A stretch of 64,000 bases of DNA from Flavobacterium sp. (GTDB lineage: Bacteria; Bacteroidota; Bacteroidia; Flavobacteriales; Flavobacteriaceae): contig NZ_JBIISA010000009.1 of NCBI RefSeq assembly GCF_044341265.1, positions 49,077 through 113,076 of the forward strand. Reading direction: 5' to 3'. Of this stretch, positions 29,294 to 39,354 are shown piece by piece (position 1 is the first letter of the stretch; every line of letters begins with the position of its first letter). Made by a program: the position numbers and the translations under genes. The notes below the pieces were generated by a model. That model was not told the DNA's origin. It saw nothing but the letters and a program-made list of their open reading frames with translations, and did no database searches.

Positions 29294-30199
29294 TTATTTT
29301 ATGATATTTTCAAGCGCTTCTTTAACTGTTGGAAATTGAAATTTGAATCCTAATTCTTGTGCTCTTTTTGGAAGAATATTCTTGTTGTTGAAAAGCAGAA
29401 TATGCATTTCACCAAGGATTAATTTCATTACGAATTGAGGAACATTTGGCAAAAACAAAGGTCTTTTTAGCTGTTTTGCAATGGCTTTAGTTAACTCTTG
29501 ATTGCTAATTGGATTTGGTGAAACTGCATTGATAATACCTTCTGTTTGATTTTGAATCACAAAATAATAAAGATTGGCAACATCGGTTAAATGAATCCAT
29601 GATTGCACTTGTTTTCCGGAGCCAAAACCTGAACCAACATACATTTTGATAGGTTTTATCATTTCGATAAGCGCACCACCTTTTTCGGAAAAAACAACGC
29701 CAGTTCTAAGTTTAGCTACTTTTAAATTTAATAGTTTGAATTGATCGGCGCTTTCCTCCCATTTTATAACAACATTACCTAGAAAAGTAGTGTCGATTTC
29801 TGTAGACGACTCATCATATATTTTAGAATAACTATCAGGATAAATGGCTGTTCCTGATGCTGAGATAAAGTGTTTTACTTGATTGGGTGCTTTCCTTATC
29901 AGATTGAAAAGTAAATTAGCAGATAATACACGACTTTCTATCAACTCTTGTTTGTAAGCATTTGTCCAACGTTGTGAAATAGATGCACCAGCAAGATGCA
30001 CAATAGTATCAACACCATCGAGGCAATTGTCATCGATTTTTCCTTCTTGTGGATTCCAATAAAAGCCGTAATAATTGGTTTTATTTTGGATTTTTTGTGG
30101 TGACGTTGTAAGATAGTGAACGACATGATTGTTTTCAAGAAGCAACGCTACCAATTCTTTACCTATTAAACCTGTTGCACCTGTAATTAAAACTTTCAT
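29294..30199 (-). CDS. TIGR01777 family NAD-dependent epimerase/oxidoreductase
   Basis: ITGATGLIG, HLAGASI, LRTGVVFS, QSWIHLTD, NAVSPNP. Confidence 0.92.
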   Translation of the reverse strand: MKVLITGATGLIGKELVALLLENNHVVHYLTTSPQKIQNKTNYYGFYWNPQEGKIDDNCLDGVDTIVHLAGASISQRWTNAYKQELIESRVLSANLLFNLIRKAPNQVKHFISASGTAIYPDSYSKIYDESSTEIDTTFLGNVVIKWEESADQFKLLNLKVAKLRTGVVFSEKGGALIEMIKPIKMYVGSGFGSGKQVQSWIHLTDVANLYYFVIQNQTEGIINAVSPNPISNQELTKAIAKQLKRPLFLPNVPQFVMKLILGEMHILLFNNKNILPKRAQELGFKFQFPTVKEALENIIK

Positions 30200-30340
30200 T
30201 TTCTTTTTTATTCAAAATTACGATTTATGATTCTAAAATGTACGTTAATTGTTATTGGTTTAACTTTTGTTGAATTATTGAAAATAAAAAATCCCAACTT
30301 TCGCTGGGATTTTCGTTACAACTAAAACTATAAATAAATT

Positions 30341-31075
30341 CTAAATACTTGAAGAAACACTTCCTCCTGAATCTTCTTTTTTGATGATGGTTTTGGGTTT
30401 GGAATTGTATTCAATTGAACCTCCACTATCGGCATCAGCATTTAAACTTACAATTGGATGAACAGTTATTGAAGCTGCGCTATCTGCATGAGAAGTTACT
30501 TCGTTTGCTAATAAATTTGATGCATCAATGTTTGCACCACTATCAGCATGAGTTTTAAGTTTTAATGCTTTTCCTTCTGCTTTAATTTCAGCACCACTAT
30601 CGGCATGAAGTTCTATAGCATCATATTCTAAAACAACATCTATATTTGAACCGCTATCTGCTTCTAATTTGATAGTTGTATTTCCTAGCAAAGTGTTTTT
30701 GCTTGTAACTTCTGCTCCACTATCTGCAGAAATACCTTCAATTTTAGGCATACGAATTCTAACAGTTTCAGCACTTGTATTATTGATACTTCCTTCAAAT
30801 TTTACAATTAATGTTCCATTTTCAACTTTGGTAATCAATTGTTTCTGAAGATTTTGATCGGTTTCTACCTCAACCATTATATTTTCTCCTTGCTCTAAAA
30901 TAAGTTCAATTCCGTGACTAACATCAACTTTAGTGAATTTATCAGATATGATTCTTTTCTCTTTAGTCACATTTCCATTTCCCTCAATTCCCATTTGATA
31001 TTTACAAGAGGAAAACAATACTGCTACAACAGCTGCGACCAATATTTTTGTACAAAAAACTATAAATTTTATCAT
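30341..31075 (-). CDS. GIN/DUF2807 (putative adhesin head) lipoprotein
   Basis: LFSSC lipobox, IEGNGNVTKE, and ADSG repeats at about 19-aa spacing. Confidence 0.85.
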   Translation of the reverse strand: MIKFIVFCTKILVAAVVAVLFSSCKYQMGIEGNGNVTKEKRIISDKFTKVDVSHGIELILEQGENIMVEVETDQNLQKQLITKVENGTLIVKFEGSINNTSAETVRIRMPKIEGISADSGAEVTSKNTLLGNTTIKLEADSGSNIDVVLEYDAIELHADSGAEIKAEGKALKLKTHADSGANIDASNLLANEVTSHADSAASITVHPIVSLNADADSGGSIEYNSKPKTIIKKEDSGGSVSSSI

Positions 31076-31077
31076 AA

Positions 31078-32823
31078 CTATTTAGTTTTAATGATTATTC
31101 CGTCTTTGTTGATTGTTAAGCTTCCTGGCTCATTTTTTCCTGTAGTGGTTTGAATCACTTCTTTACCATTTACTTTTACAGAAACCGTTTTGATAGAATC
31201 ATTTTCTTCAATTACACTAATGTCTTCTGTTTCGCCTTCATTGTTTTGAGAATCATCATTTGGACAATTTAAACAATCTAGTTCGGTACCTTTTACTTTA
31301 TATTTATAACCTTCTGGACCATAGTAGTAATCGAAATCTGCATTGTGTCCGCTTAAATAAGCTTGTACATTTTCGTTTGGATAATAAACAATTCCTTCAG
31401 GTAAATAAAGATAAACCTCAACCATTTGACCTCTAAATTTATTTTTTGTTTCTGTAGTAAAATAGTTATCTAAAATTAATTCATTACCAACTATTTTGTA
31501 ATTGTATTTAATTTTTTGAGCTCTTTGATTTGCTTCAGTAAACGATTTTCCTTGCGCTAATTTCTCAATTTGAACATATGGGAAAGCTTTATCCGTTTTT
31601 TTCAAATGAATGGTAACATTCGTAGAGTGAATTACTTCATTTCCAAGTGAATCTTGTACAATTCTATATTCGCTTCTATCTTCAATTCTTTTTGAATAAA
31701 AATCATTGTAAGCAAAACTTACTTTCAAAGTATCCGTTGCTGCAACAGTCATACTTTGTTTTTCTAATGCTTTTCCTGAATAAGCTAATTGATTCGCTTC
31801 GCTGATAATAATTGATATTGATATTCCAATAGCAATAATCCAAATGGCTAACAAACTATATTTAGCAATGCTTCCAATTGATTTTAAGTTAGTTACTAAT
31901 AATTTTAAACCTAAAATTAGAAGAAAAAACAATGGAATTCCTGCTGCGAAAAAAAATAATATTCCTTGAGCCCAAATTGGAGTTTCTAATCCAATTGGAG
32001 TTTTAATAAATTCAACAATCTTGTTATCTGGCATTGATGATGAAAATAACATTACCACAGATGTAACTGAAACAACCAATAAAACAATTGAAGAAAAAAC
32101 AACTATTAAAGCACCTAAGACTTTAGCAAAAGCTCCAAAAACTGATGTAAAAGCACCTCCTAATTTAGAACCTGCTGATTCGGCTGTTGACTTTAAATGG
32201 TTTCCCATTTTATCGTAATCTGCATTTTTTATTTTATCAGATACGTTTTCAAACTCTTCTCTAACTTTTTTTTCAATGTTGGAAATCGTTACCGGTTCGC
32301 CTGTCATTTCTAATTTTTCAGAGGTTGTAATGGCTTTTGGAGTGGCAATCCATAGAATTAAATACACTATTAAAAACCAACCTGCTGTAGCAAGAGTAAG
32401 AATTATAAAAATTACTTTTATCCAAACTGCCTCAATACCAGTATAATAACTTAATCCTGTACAAACTCCAGCAATCAAACCTCGATCTTTATCGCGGTAC
32501 AATTTTTTAGTTTTATTTGGAATATAAAATGATTCACTTTTTGGAGTTTCAGCATCATCGTCAATACGATAATCTTCTGGTTGTCCCATAACGGCAACTA
32601 CTTGATCAACATCAACATTATTGATAACATGTTTGTCGCTTTTTTGTCTTTCTGTAAAAAGCTCAGCCACACGCATTTCAATATCTTTCATGATTTCATC
32701 TTTACCTGATGAATTAGAAAGTGAACGTTTTATAGCATCAAAATATCTTGATAACTTTTGGTATGCATCTTCATCTATGTGAAAGAATAAACCACCTATA
32801 TTAATATTTACTGTTTTGTTCAT
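31078..32823 (-). CDS. PspC domain-containing membrane protein
   Basis: MNKTVNINIGG N-terminus; KLYRDKDRGLIAGVCTGLSYY (PspC); several TM segments. Confidence 0.9.
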   Translation of the reverse strand: MNKTVNINIGGLFFHIDEDAYQKLSRYFDAIKRSLSNSSGKDEIMKDIEMRVAELFTERQKSDKHVINNVDVDQVVAVMGQPEDYRIDDDAETPKSESFYIPNKTKKLYRDKDRGLIAGVCTGLSYYTGIEAVWIKVIFIILTLATAGWFLIVYLILWIATPKAITTSEKLEMTGEPVTISNIEKKVREEFENVSDKIKNADYDKMGNHLKSTAESAGSKLGGAFTSVFGAFAKVLGALIVVFSSIVLLVVSVTSVVMLFSSSMPDNKIVEFIKTPIGLETPIWAQGILFFFAAGIPLFFLLILGLKLLVTNLKSIGSIAKYSLLAIWIIAIGISISIIISEANQLAYSGKALEKQSMTVAATDTLKVSFAYNDFYSKRIEDRSEYRIVQDSLGNEVIHSTNVTIHLKKTDKAFPYVQIEKLAQGKSFTEANQRAQKIKYNYKIVGNELILDNYFTTETKNKFRGQMVEVYLYLPEGIVYYPNENVQAYLSGHNADFDYYYGPEGYKYKVKGTELDCLNCPNDDSQNNEGETEDISVIEENDSIKTVSVKVNGKEVIQTTTGKNEPGSLTINKDGIIIKTK

Positions 32824-32828
32824 GATTG

Positions 32829-33158
32829 TTATTTTTGATTGGTTATGATGTTTACGGCGTCAGAAAGTTCTGTCCAAGTTCCGTTTAATTCGTTTAAAAA
32901 TGTTTTTCCTAATTCGGTCAACTCATAATATTTTCTTGGCGGACCTGAAGTTGATTCTTCCCAACGATAGTTGAGTAAACCGTCATTTTTTAATCTTGTC
33001 AATAGCGGATAAACTGTTCCCTCTACTACAAGCAATTTTGCGTTTTTTAAAGTGTCTAGTATTTCAGATGTGTAGGCTTCTTTTTCTTTTAAAACAGATA
33101 AGATGCAGAACTCTAAAACACCTTTTCGCATTTGGGCTTTTGTGTTTTCAATGTTCAT
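32829..33158 (-). CDS. PadR family transcriptional regulator
   Basis: MRKGVLEFCIL, EGTVYPLLTRLK, GPPRKYYELT. Confidence 0.93.
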   Translation of the reverse strand: MNIENTKAQMRKGVLEFCILSVLKEKEAYTSEILDTLKNAKLLVVEGTVYPLLTRLKNDGLLNYRWEESTSGPPRKYYELTELGKTFLNELNGTWTELSDAVNIITNQK

Positions 33159-33227
33159 AATTCGATTTTGATTTTTTAATTAAACTGTTCATTTTTTTTG
33201 ATTGATTTTATTGATGATTGAAACTTA

Positions 33228-33683
33228 TTATTTAAAGAAAGGTATTGTTAAAGGATATTTATAACGCTCACCATTAGAAGCTTTTACTGCGGCATATATA
33301 ATTAGTATGAATTCAAATACTTTTAGAAACATAAAAAGTACAAAGGCTACAATTGCAATCCCGATGAAGGTTGTGATTTCTTGATTTCTAAAACTATTGA
33401 ATTCAATTTCAAAATTACTAAAGGTGCAATTGGTTCCTATCAAATCTACAAATCCATAGATTAAAAGCGGTAAAGAAATTAAAACTAAAATTAAACTATA
33501 CATAAAAACGCTTAACTGAAAATTCAATATTTGTTTTCCGTTGTAGTCTACAAATTCAGAATCATTTTTTTTAGCACTCCATATAATTATAGGAGCAATA
33601 AAATTTCCTAATGGAAAAACATATTGAGCAAAAGAGCTCAAATGTGTTACTGATGCAATGGTACGTTCGTTGTTTGATGTCAT
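33228..33683 (-). CDS. DUF4870 membrane protein
   Basis: HLSSF..PLGNFIAPIIIW, GKQILNFQLS, YKYPLTIPF. Confidence 0.88.
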   Translation of the reverse strand: MTSNNERTIASVTHLSSFAQYVFPLGNFIAPIIIWSAKKNDSEFVDYNGKQILNFQLSVFMYSLILVLISLPLLIYGFVDLIGTNCTFSNFEIEFNSFRNQEITTFIGIAIVAFVLFMFLKVFEFILIIYAAVKASNGERYKYPLTIPFFK

Positions 33684-33756
33684 TTTATTTTGATTTATGA
33701 TTGATGATTAAAATTTGATTTCAACAATACTATAGATAGCTTATTAATTTCTTATA

Positions 33757-33848
33757 CAAAGATACAACCAAAAAAAGGTATTATGCATTACAAAGTACTT
33801 AAATTTAACATTTTATTAACATTAAGGTTTTAGTATGAGTGCATACTA
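33757..33848. promoter_or_regulatory. Divergent promoter region with candidate operator palindromes
   Basis: Minus-strand TATCTTTG (33757-33764); gtattatgcattac (33778-33791); TAGTATG-agtg-CATACTA (33831-33848); TTAACATT direct repeat with 11-bp period. Confidence 0.45.
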
Positions 33849-33881
33849 TTTTTTGTATATTTACAACAAAATCAATACTTC

Positions 33882-34334
33882 ATGGAATTTTCACCTTTAA
33901 AATTGAATACTTTTTTATTTTTCAAATTACCTTCTGCATTTTGGTGCGGAGTAAGAACAAAATACATTTCACCTGAAAAATGTGTTGCGACAGTAAAACA
34001 CCGTTGGTTTAATCAGAATCCGTTTAATTCAATGTATTTTGCGGTTCAAGCTATGGCAGCAGAGCTTACTACTGGTGCTTTAGTTATGTATCAAATAAAG
34101 AAAAGTGGTAAAAATATTTCGATGTTAGTGGCTAATAACAAAGGTAATTTCACAAAAAAAGCAAAAGGAAGAATTACTTTTACTTGTAATGATGGCACTA
34201 TAATTGAAGATGCTATCAAGAAAACCATAGCAACTGGAGAAGGACAAACACTTTGGCTAAAATCAATAGGCGTTGATGAAAAAGGTGACCAAGTTTCTGA
34301 AATGGATTTCGAATGGAGTGTCCGTGTGAAATAA
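33882..34334 (+). CDS. DUF4442 / hotdog-fold thioesterase-like protein
   Basis: FKLPSAFWCG, NQNPFNSMYFAVQAMAAEL, KKAKGRITF. Confidence 0.85.
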   Translation: MEFSPLKLNTFLFFKLPSAFWCGVRTKYISPEKCVATVKHRWFNQNPFNSMYFAVQAMAAELTTGALVMYQIKKSGKNISMLVANNKGNFTKKAKGRITFTCNDGTIIEDAIKKTIATGEGQTLWLKSIGVDEKGDQVSEMDFEWSVRVK

Positions 34335-34400
34335 TTATGATAGATTTTATAATTCTATTAACATTGCTTTTTATAAATTTGACCTCAAATTAAATACCTA

Positions 34401-35234
34401 ATGAAAAAAACAATCTTCCTTACCTTATTATTGATAACTACTCTCTCCTATTCTCAGAAGAAAGAAAAAGTAAAAGGTTCAAAAATTGTAACTACAGAAA
34501 TTAAAAAAATAGAGCCTTTTGAAGCTATAGAAGTTTTAGATAATATCGAAGTTTTTATTGTAAAAGGAACTGAATGTGGATTAGAAATTGAAGCCGACGA
34601 TAATTTACATGATGCTATTGATATTGTTTTAAATGGTTCAACTTTAAAATTATCTACTTTAAAAAATGCTTTTGGTTATAAAAAATTAAGTGTTAGAATT
34701 ACTTATAATGACAGTTTCAAATCAATTATTACAAGAAATGAATCTAGTGTAACCGCACTAGCTGATATTGAACTAGAAAATATTACTCTTAAAAGTTATG
34801 ATGAATCCAAATTGTTCATCAATTCAAAAGCAAAGAATTTTACTTTAATTATGGATGATAAATCTAAAATTGAATTGAATTCAAAAGCGGATAAATCTGC
34901 CATAACTTTAAGTAAAAACGCTAAACTAAAAGCTTTAATTACTTCAAAAGATTTAACCTTTGACATGTATCAAAAAACGGATGCTGTTGTAGAAGGAGAT
35001 GTTGACGATTTAAAACTTCGTTTAGATAATAATGCAACATTTGATGGAAAAAAATTAACTTCAAAAAATGTTTCCGTTATTTCGGAATCATACACTAATG
35101 TTAGTGTTTTATGTACTTCAAATATAATTATAGAAGCATCAGGAAAATCGGAAATTGATTTGTATGGTGATCAAAAAGTAGAATTAAAACGATTTGTTGA
35201 CAGTGCTGTTTTGAAGAAAAGGCCGACAAAATAA
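34401..35234 (+). CDS. GIN/DUF2807 domain protein
   Basis: Signal peptide, KVKGSKIVTTE, EADDNLH, then beta-repeat region. Confidence 0.75.
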   Translation: MKKTIFLTLLLITTLSYSQKKEKVKGSKIVTTEIKKIEPFEAIEVLDNIEVFIVKGTECGLEIEADDNLHDAIDIVLNGSTLKLSTLKNAFGYKKLSVRITYNDSFKSIITRNESSVTALADIELENITLKSYDESKLFINSKAKNFTLIMDDKSKIELNSKADKSAITLSKNAKLKALITSKDLTFDMYQKTDAVVEGDVDDLKLRLDNNATFDGKKLTSKNVSVISESYTNVSVLCTSNIIIEASGKSEIDLYGDQKVELKRFVDSAVLKKRPTK

Positions 35235-35315
35235 ATTTTTCTAAAAAATAGTTTTCAAAATCTTTGTAAACTTGATTATTGTTATATATTTGCACTCGGA
35301 ATTTATAACAAATTT

Positions 35316-35390
35316 CGGGGTGTAGCGTAGCCCGGTTATCGCGCCTGCTTTGGGAGCAGGAGGCCGCAGGTTCGAATCCTGCCACCCCGA
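35316..35390 (+). tRNA. tRNA-Pro (anticodon TGG); CCA not encoded
   Basis: Acceptor cggggtg/caccccg, anticodon arm cctgc-ttTGGga-gcagg, T-arm gcagg-ttcgaat-cctgc; TATATTTG box at 35285-35292. Confidence 0.97.
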
Positions 35391-35392
35391 CA

Positions 35393-35426
35393 AAAAGCTG
35401 AACTTTTATTAGTTCGGCTTTTTTTA
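35393..35426 (+). terminator. Intrinsic terminator after the tRNA
   Basis: aaaagctgaact-tttatt-agttcggcttttttt. Confidence 0.8.
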
Positions 35427-35531
35427 TTTTCAATAATTAAAATTTATATTAAAATAGTTTTTTGTCAACTACTTTACATTAAAATATTTTAAGAAAAACT
35501 TACCTTTGCATTTCATAAAAACAAACTAGTC

Positions 35532-36479
35532 ATGTCTGATACAATAGAAAAAGTAAAATGTCTTATAATAGGTTCTGGTCCTGCTGGTTATACAGCGGCA
35601 ATTTATGCAGCTAGAGCTAATATGAATCCGGTTCTTTATCAAGGAACGCAACCTGGTGGTCAATTAACAACTACCAATGAAGTAGAAAACTGGCCTGGAA
35701 ATCCTGAAGGAATCACTGGACCACAAATGATGGTTGGTATTGAAGAACAAGCCAAACGTTTTGGTACTGATGTTCGTGATGGTTGGGCTACAAAAGTAGA
35801 TTTCTCTGGAGATATTCATAAAGTGTGGATTAATAACACTAAAGAAATTCACTGTGAAACCGTAATTATATCAACTGGTGCAACGGCAAAATATTTAGGT
35901 CTTCCATCTGAACAACATTATTTGAATATGGGTGGCGGAGTTTCTGCGTGTGCGGTTTGCGACGGATTTTTCTACAGAAATCAAGAAGTTGTTATTGTTG
36001 GCGCAGGTGATTCTGCTTGTGAAGAAGCACATTATTTATCTAAATTGTGTAAAAAAGTTACGATGTTGGTAAGAAGTGAGAAATTTAGAGCTTCTAAAAT
36101 CATGGAACAACGTGTTAGAAATACTGAAAATATCACAATTTTAATGAACCACGATACCGTTGAAGTATTAGGTGATGGTCAAGTTGTTACTAGCGTAAAA
36201 GCTTTAAACAAAACTACCAATGAAGAAATTGAAATACCTGCAACTGGATTTTTTGTAGCTATTGGACACAAACCAAATACTGATATTTTTAAAGACTATT
36301 TAACATTAGACGAAACAGGTTATATTATTAATATTCCTGGAACTTCTAAAACTAATGTTGCTGGAGTTTTTGTAGGCGGTGATGCTGCTGATCACGTTTA
36401 CAGACAAGCTATTACTGCTGCTGGAACTGGTTGTATGGCGGCTTTGGATGCTGAAAGATATTTAGCTGCTAAGGAGTAA
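35532..36479 (+). CDS. trxB: Thioredoxin-disulfide reductase
   Basis: IIGSGPAGYTAA, GGQLTTT, redox CAVC, VGAGDSACEEA, QAITAAGTGCMAA. Confidence 0.96.
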   Translation: MSDTIEKVKCLIIGSGPAGYTAAIYAARANMNPVLYQGTQPGGQLTTTNEVENWPGNPEGITGPQMMVGIEEQAKRFGTDVRDGWATKVDFSGDIHKVWINNTKEIHCETVIISTGATAKYLGLPSEQHYLNMGGGVSACAVCDGFFYRNQEVVIVGAGDSACEEAHYLSKLCKKVTMLVRSEKFRASKIMEQRVRNTENITILMNHDTVEVLGDGQVVTSVKALNKTTNEEIEIPATGFFVAIGHKPNTDIFKDYLTLDETGYIINIPGTSKTNVAGVFVGGDAADHVYRQAITAAGTGCMAALDAERYLAAKE

Positions 36480-36485
36480 TTTTTT

Positions 36486-36513
36486 CACACGAATTTCACG
36501 AATTTTCACGAAT
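36486..36513. repeat. CACGAATT tandem repeat (9-10 bp period)
   Basis: cacacgaattt cacgaatttt cacgaat. Confidence 0.7.
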
Positions 36514-36571
36514 GCTTTAAACATAGATTTACTACGTCTGTTCGACCTTTGGTCTCGAGTCACGAATTATA

Positions 36572-36602
36572 AAAGCTGTTCCTATTTTGGAATGGCTTTT
36601 TT
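36572..36602 (+). terminator. Intrinsic terminator after trxB
   Basis: aaagctgttcc-tatttt-ggaatggcttttt. Confidence 0.7.
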
Positions 36603-36653
36603 ATTTAGAAAAAAGTCTTTTGAAAACTGATTTAGAATTTAAAGTATATCTAT

Positions 36654-36740
36654 TAGCCCTGATAGTAATGAAAATTATTTTTTTTGTTGCCTGAGGCTCT
36701 CGAAGGCAACAAAAGAAATGATTGTAATGGATAGCAGGAA
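36654..36740 (+). ncRNA. Flavo-1-like structured repeat/RNA (copy 3) with a nested REP-like hairpin
   Basis: tagccctgat...tgttgcct gaggctctcga aggcaaca...atggatagcaggaa. Confidence 0.55.
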
Positions 36741-36852
36741 AACGGAAACCAAAAACTCCCAAGCATTTCGCTACTGATATTTATCAGCACAAGTCCTAAA
36801 AACAAAAAAACCGAACATTACTGCTCGGTTATTGTATATTGAATAATTGAAA

Positions 36853-38601
36853 TTAGTCATTCATAGAAATCAAAAACTCTTCATTATTTCTAGTTTTCTT
36901 GATTTTATCGTTTATGGTATCCATTGCTTCTACTGGGTTCATGTCGGCTAGGAATTTACGTAGAATCCACATGCGTTTTAATGTGTTTTCGTCTAATAAT
37001 AAATCGTCGCGACGCGTACTCGATGAAGTTAAATCGATGGCTGGGAAAATTCTACGATTAGCAATTTTTCTGTCTAATTGTAATTCCATATTACCTGTTC
37101 CTTTGAATTCTTCGAAGATTACTTCGTCCATTTTTGAACCGGTTTCAGTTAAAGCCGTTGCGATGATACTCAACGAACCACCGTTTTCTACATTACGAGC
37201 TGCTCCGAAGAAACGTTTTGGTTTTTGCAATGCATTGGCATCAACTCCACCCGAAAGTACTTTTCCTGATGCAGGTTGAACCGTATTGTAAGCTCTTGCC
37301 AAACGTGTAATCGAATCTAAAAGAATCACTACATCGTGACCACATTCTACCAAACGTTTCGATTTTTCAAGAACAATATTAGCGATTTTAACGTGTTCCA
37401 TTGGTTCACGGTCGAAAGTTGAAGCGATAACTTCACCACGAACGCTACGTTGCATATCGGTAACCTCTTCTGGACGTTCGTCTATCAATAAAACAATTAA
37501 ATAAACCTCTGGATGATTAGCAGCAATGGCATTGGCAATGTCTTTTAACAACATTGTTTTACCTGTTTTTGGTTGCGCCACAATCATTCCACGTTGTCCT
37601 TTTCCTATTGGTGAGAATAAATCGATTATTCTTGTAGAAGTGCTGGCTTGTCTGTCGGCAATTCTGAATTTTTCTTGAGGAAATATTGGGGTTAAATGAT
37701 CAAACGAAACTCTATCACGAACGACTTGCGGATCGTGACCATTTATTTTTAAAACTCTTACTAATGGGAAAAACTTTTCACCTTCTTTTGGAGGACGCAC
37801 CACTCCTTTTACAGTATCACCAGTTTTTAATCCGAACAAACGAATTTGTGAGGTTGACAAATAAATATCATCTGGTGAAGCTAAGTAATTATAATCTGAT
37901 GAACGCAAAAATCCGTATCCATCGGGCATCATTTCTAAAACGCCTTCACTCTCAATGATTCCGTCAAATTCGTAATCAGCATCACGGAAGTTGGGTTTGT
38001 TTTTATTCTTGAAATTAGGATTTTGATTCGGATTCTGATTTGGATTTCCGTTACCATTACCGTTTTGATTTGGATTCTGGTTTGGGTTTTGATTCGGATT
38101 TTGGTTTTTATGCTTCTGATTCGGATTTTGATGTTTTACAGGAGCATTTTCTGTACCTTCTTGAATTCCTTCAGTTGAAGTTTCTTCTTCTTTTGGAGTA
38201 ATTTCTGCTGTATTTTCTTCTGATGTAACCTTTGTAGGTTTTACAAACTTAGGTTTCTTTTGAAATTTTTCAGGTTTGGAAGCTACTTCGTTTATAGGAG
38301 CAATTTCTTCCTGAATTGAAGGTTCTACTTGTTCAACAGGAGTTTCAGAAAATAAGTCTTTCGATTTTTTTTCAATTTTCGGAGAAGCATCAGGAGCGAT
38401 TCTAGCTCTTTTTGGTTTTTCTTCTTTTGGTGCAGCTACTTTTTCCTGAGAAGTATCAGATGAAGTTGCGGCTTGATGTTGTAAGATTTGCTCAATTAAA
38501 GCATCTTTCTTTACACCGTTAAATTTTATGGTTTTGGCCAATTTGGCAATTTCTTGAAGTTCAGATAACTTCATTCCTTTTAATGCAGAACTATCAAACA
38601 T
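36853..38601 (-). CDS. rho: Transcription termination factor Rho with a long N-terminal low-complexity insertion
   Basis: [50 protein letters not shown]; QNPN repeats. Confidence 0.98.
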   Translation of the reverse strand: MFDSSALKGMKLSELQEIAKLAKTIKFNGVKKDALIEQILQHQAATSSDTSQEKVAAPKEEKPKRARIAPDASPKIEKKSKDLFSETPVEQVEPSIQEEIAPINEVASKPEKFQKKPKFVKPTKVTSEENTAEITPKEEETSTEGIQEGTENAPVKHQNPNQKHKNQNPNQNPNQNPNQNGNGNGNPNQNPNQNPNFKNKNKPNFRDADYEFDGIIESEGVLEMMPDGYGFLRSSDYNYLASPDDIYLSTSQIRLFGLKTGDTVKGVVRPPKEGEKFFPLVRVLKINGHDPQVVRDRVSFDHLTPIFPQEKFRIADRQASTSTRIIDLFSPIGKGQRGMIVAQPKTGKTMLLKDIANAIAANHPEVYLIVLLIDERPEEVTDMQRSVRGEVIASTFDREPMEHVKIANIVLEKSKRLVECGHDVVILLDSITRLARAYNTVQPASGKVLSGGVDANALQKPKRFFGAARNVENGGSLSIIATALTETGSKMDEVIFEEFKGTGNMELQLDRKIANRRIFPAIDLTSSSTRRDDLLLDENTLKRMWILRKFLADMNPVEAMDTINDKIKKTRNNEEFLISMND

Positions 38602-38784
38602 AAATGTTTATATATATTTTAATGGATTGAATGACAATACAAAATGTGTGGTGATTTTTTTTATTGGAACCTCCGTGTTTTTGAAGTACTTACGGATTTG
38701 TTATGCAATAATACGAATAATTTTCTATCAAGCAATAGTTTTTTAAAAAAAGAAAATATATTTTTGCGTTATAAATAAGTAATA

Positions 38785-39198
38785 ATGTTACAAAGAATTC
38801 AAACCGTTTATTTAGCTATTGTATTCATTCTTGTAGGAGTGCTTCCATTTGTATTTCCGCTTTGGAAATTTGAAGGTGGAAAAGAATTCTATTTTATGAG
38901 TGAAATGCTATACCAAATTTTGTTTGGATTGAGTACAGCTCTAACTGTTTTGAGTATAATATCGTTTAAGAAAAGACAACAACAATTTGTTTTTAACAGA
39001 TTGAATATGATATTAAATTTAATTTTATTAGGATTATTTGTTTATCGTTCACTAAATTTATCTGGAGAAACTCCTGTAGTTTCTGAGAAAGGTATTGGGA
39101 TGTTTCTACCTATCATTTCTATCGTTATGCTGGTTTTGGCCAACAAAGCCATCAAGAAGGATGAAGATCTCGTAAAATCTGTTGACCGATTGAGATAA
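38785..39198 (+). CDS. DUF4293 family membrane protein
   Basis: MLQRIQTVYL...FKKRQQQ...LANKAIKKDEDLVKSVDRLR. Confidence 0.92.
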   Translation: MLQRIQTVYLAIVFILVGVLPFVFPLWKFEGGKEFYFMSEMLYQILFGLSTALTVLSIISFKKRQQQFVFNRLNMILNLILLGLFVYRSLNLSGETPVVSEKGIGMFLPIISIVMLVLANKAIKKDEDLVKSVDRLR

Positions 39199-39228
39199 AC
39201 CTATAAACTTAGTTTATTAGTGCGAAGA

Positions 39229-39258
39229 AAATCCTGAACGAAAGTTTGGGATTTTTTT
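39229..39258 (+). terminator. Intrinsic terminator after DUF4293
   Basis: aaaatcctgaac-gaaa-gtttgggattttttt. Confidence 0.8.
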
Positions 39259-39263
39259 GGTTT

Positions 39264-39284
39264 AATCTGAACTTGTTTCAGATT
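39264..39284. repeat. REP-like palindrome (CTGAACTTGTTTCAG family)
   Basis: aatctgaa-cttgt-ttcagatt; same core as the copies at 43677 and 44601. Confidence 0.6.
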
Positions 39285-39354
39285 CTAAAATATATAAACT
39301 ACATACAGATAAACGTGTATTTACTTCAAAATTCTAGATATTGAAAAAAGGCTA

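Noticed and set aside
30341-31075. ADSG repeats in the GIN protein
   Set aside because: Expected beta-repeat structure of DUF2807/GIN domains
36486-36774. Repeat clusters considered as a CRISPR array
   Set aside because: No constant 23-47 bp repeat with unique spacers and no cas genes in the window
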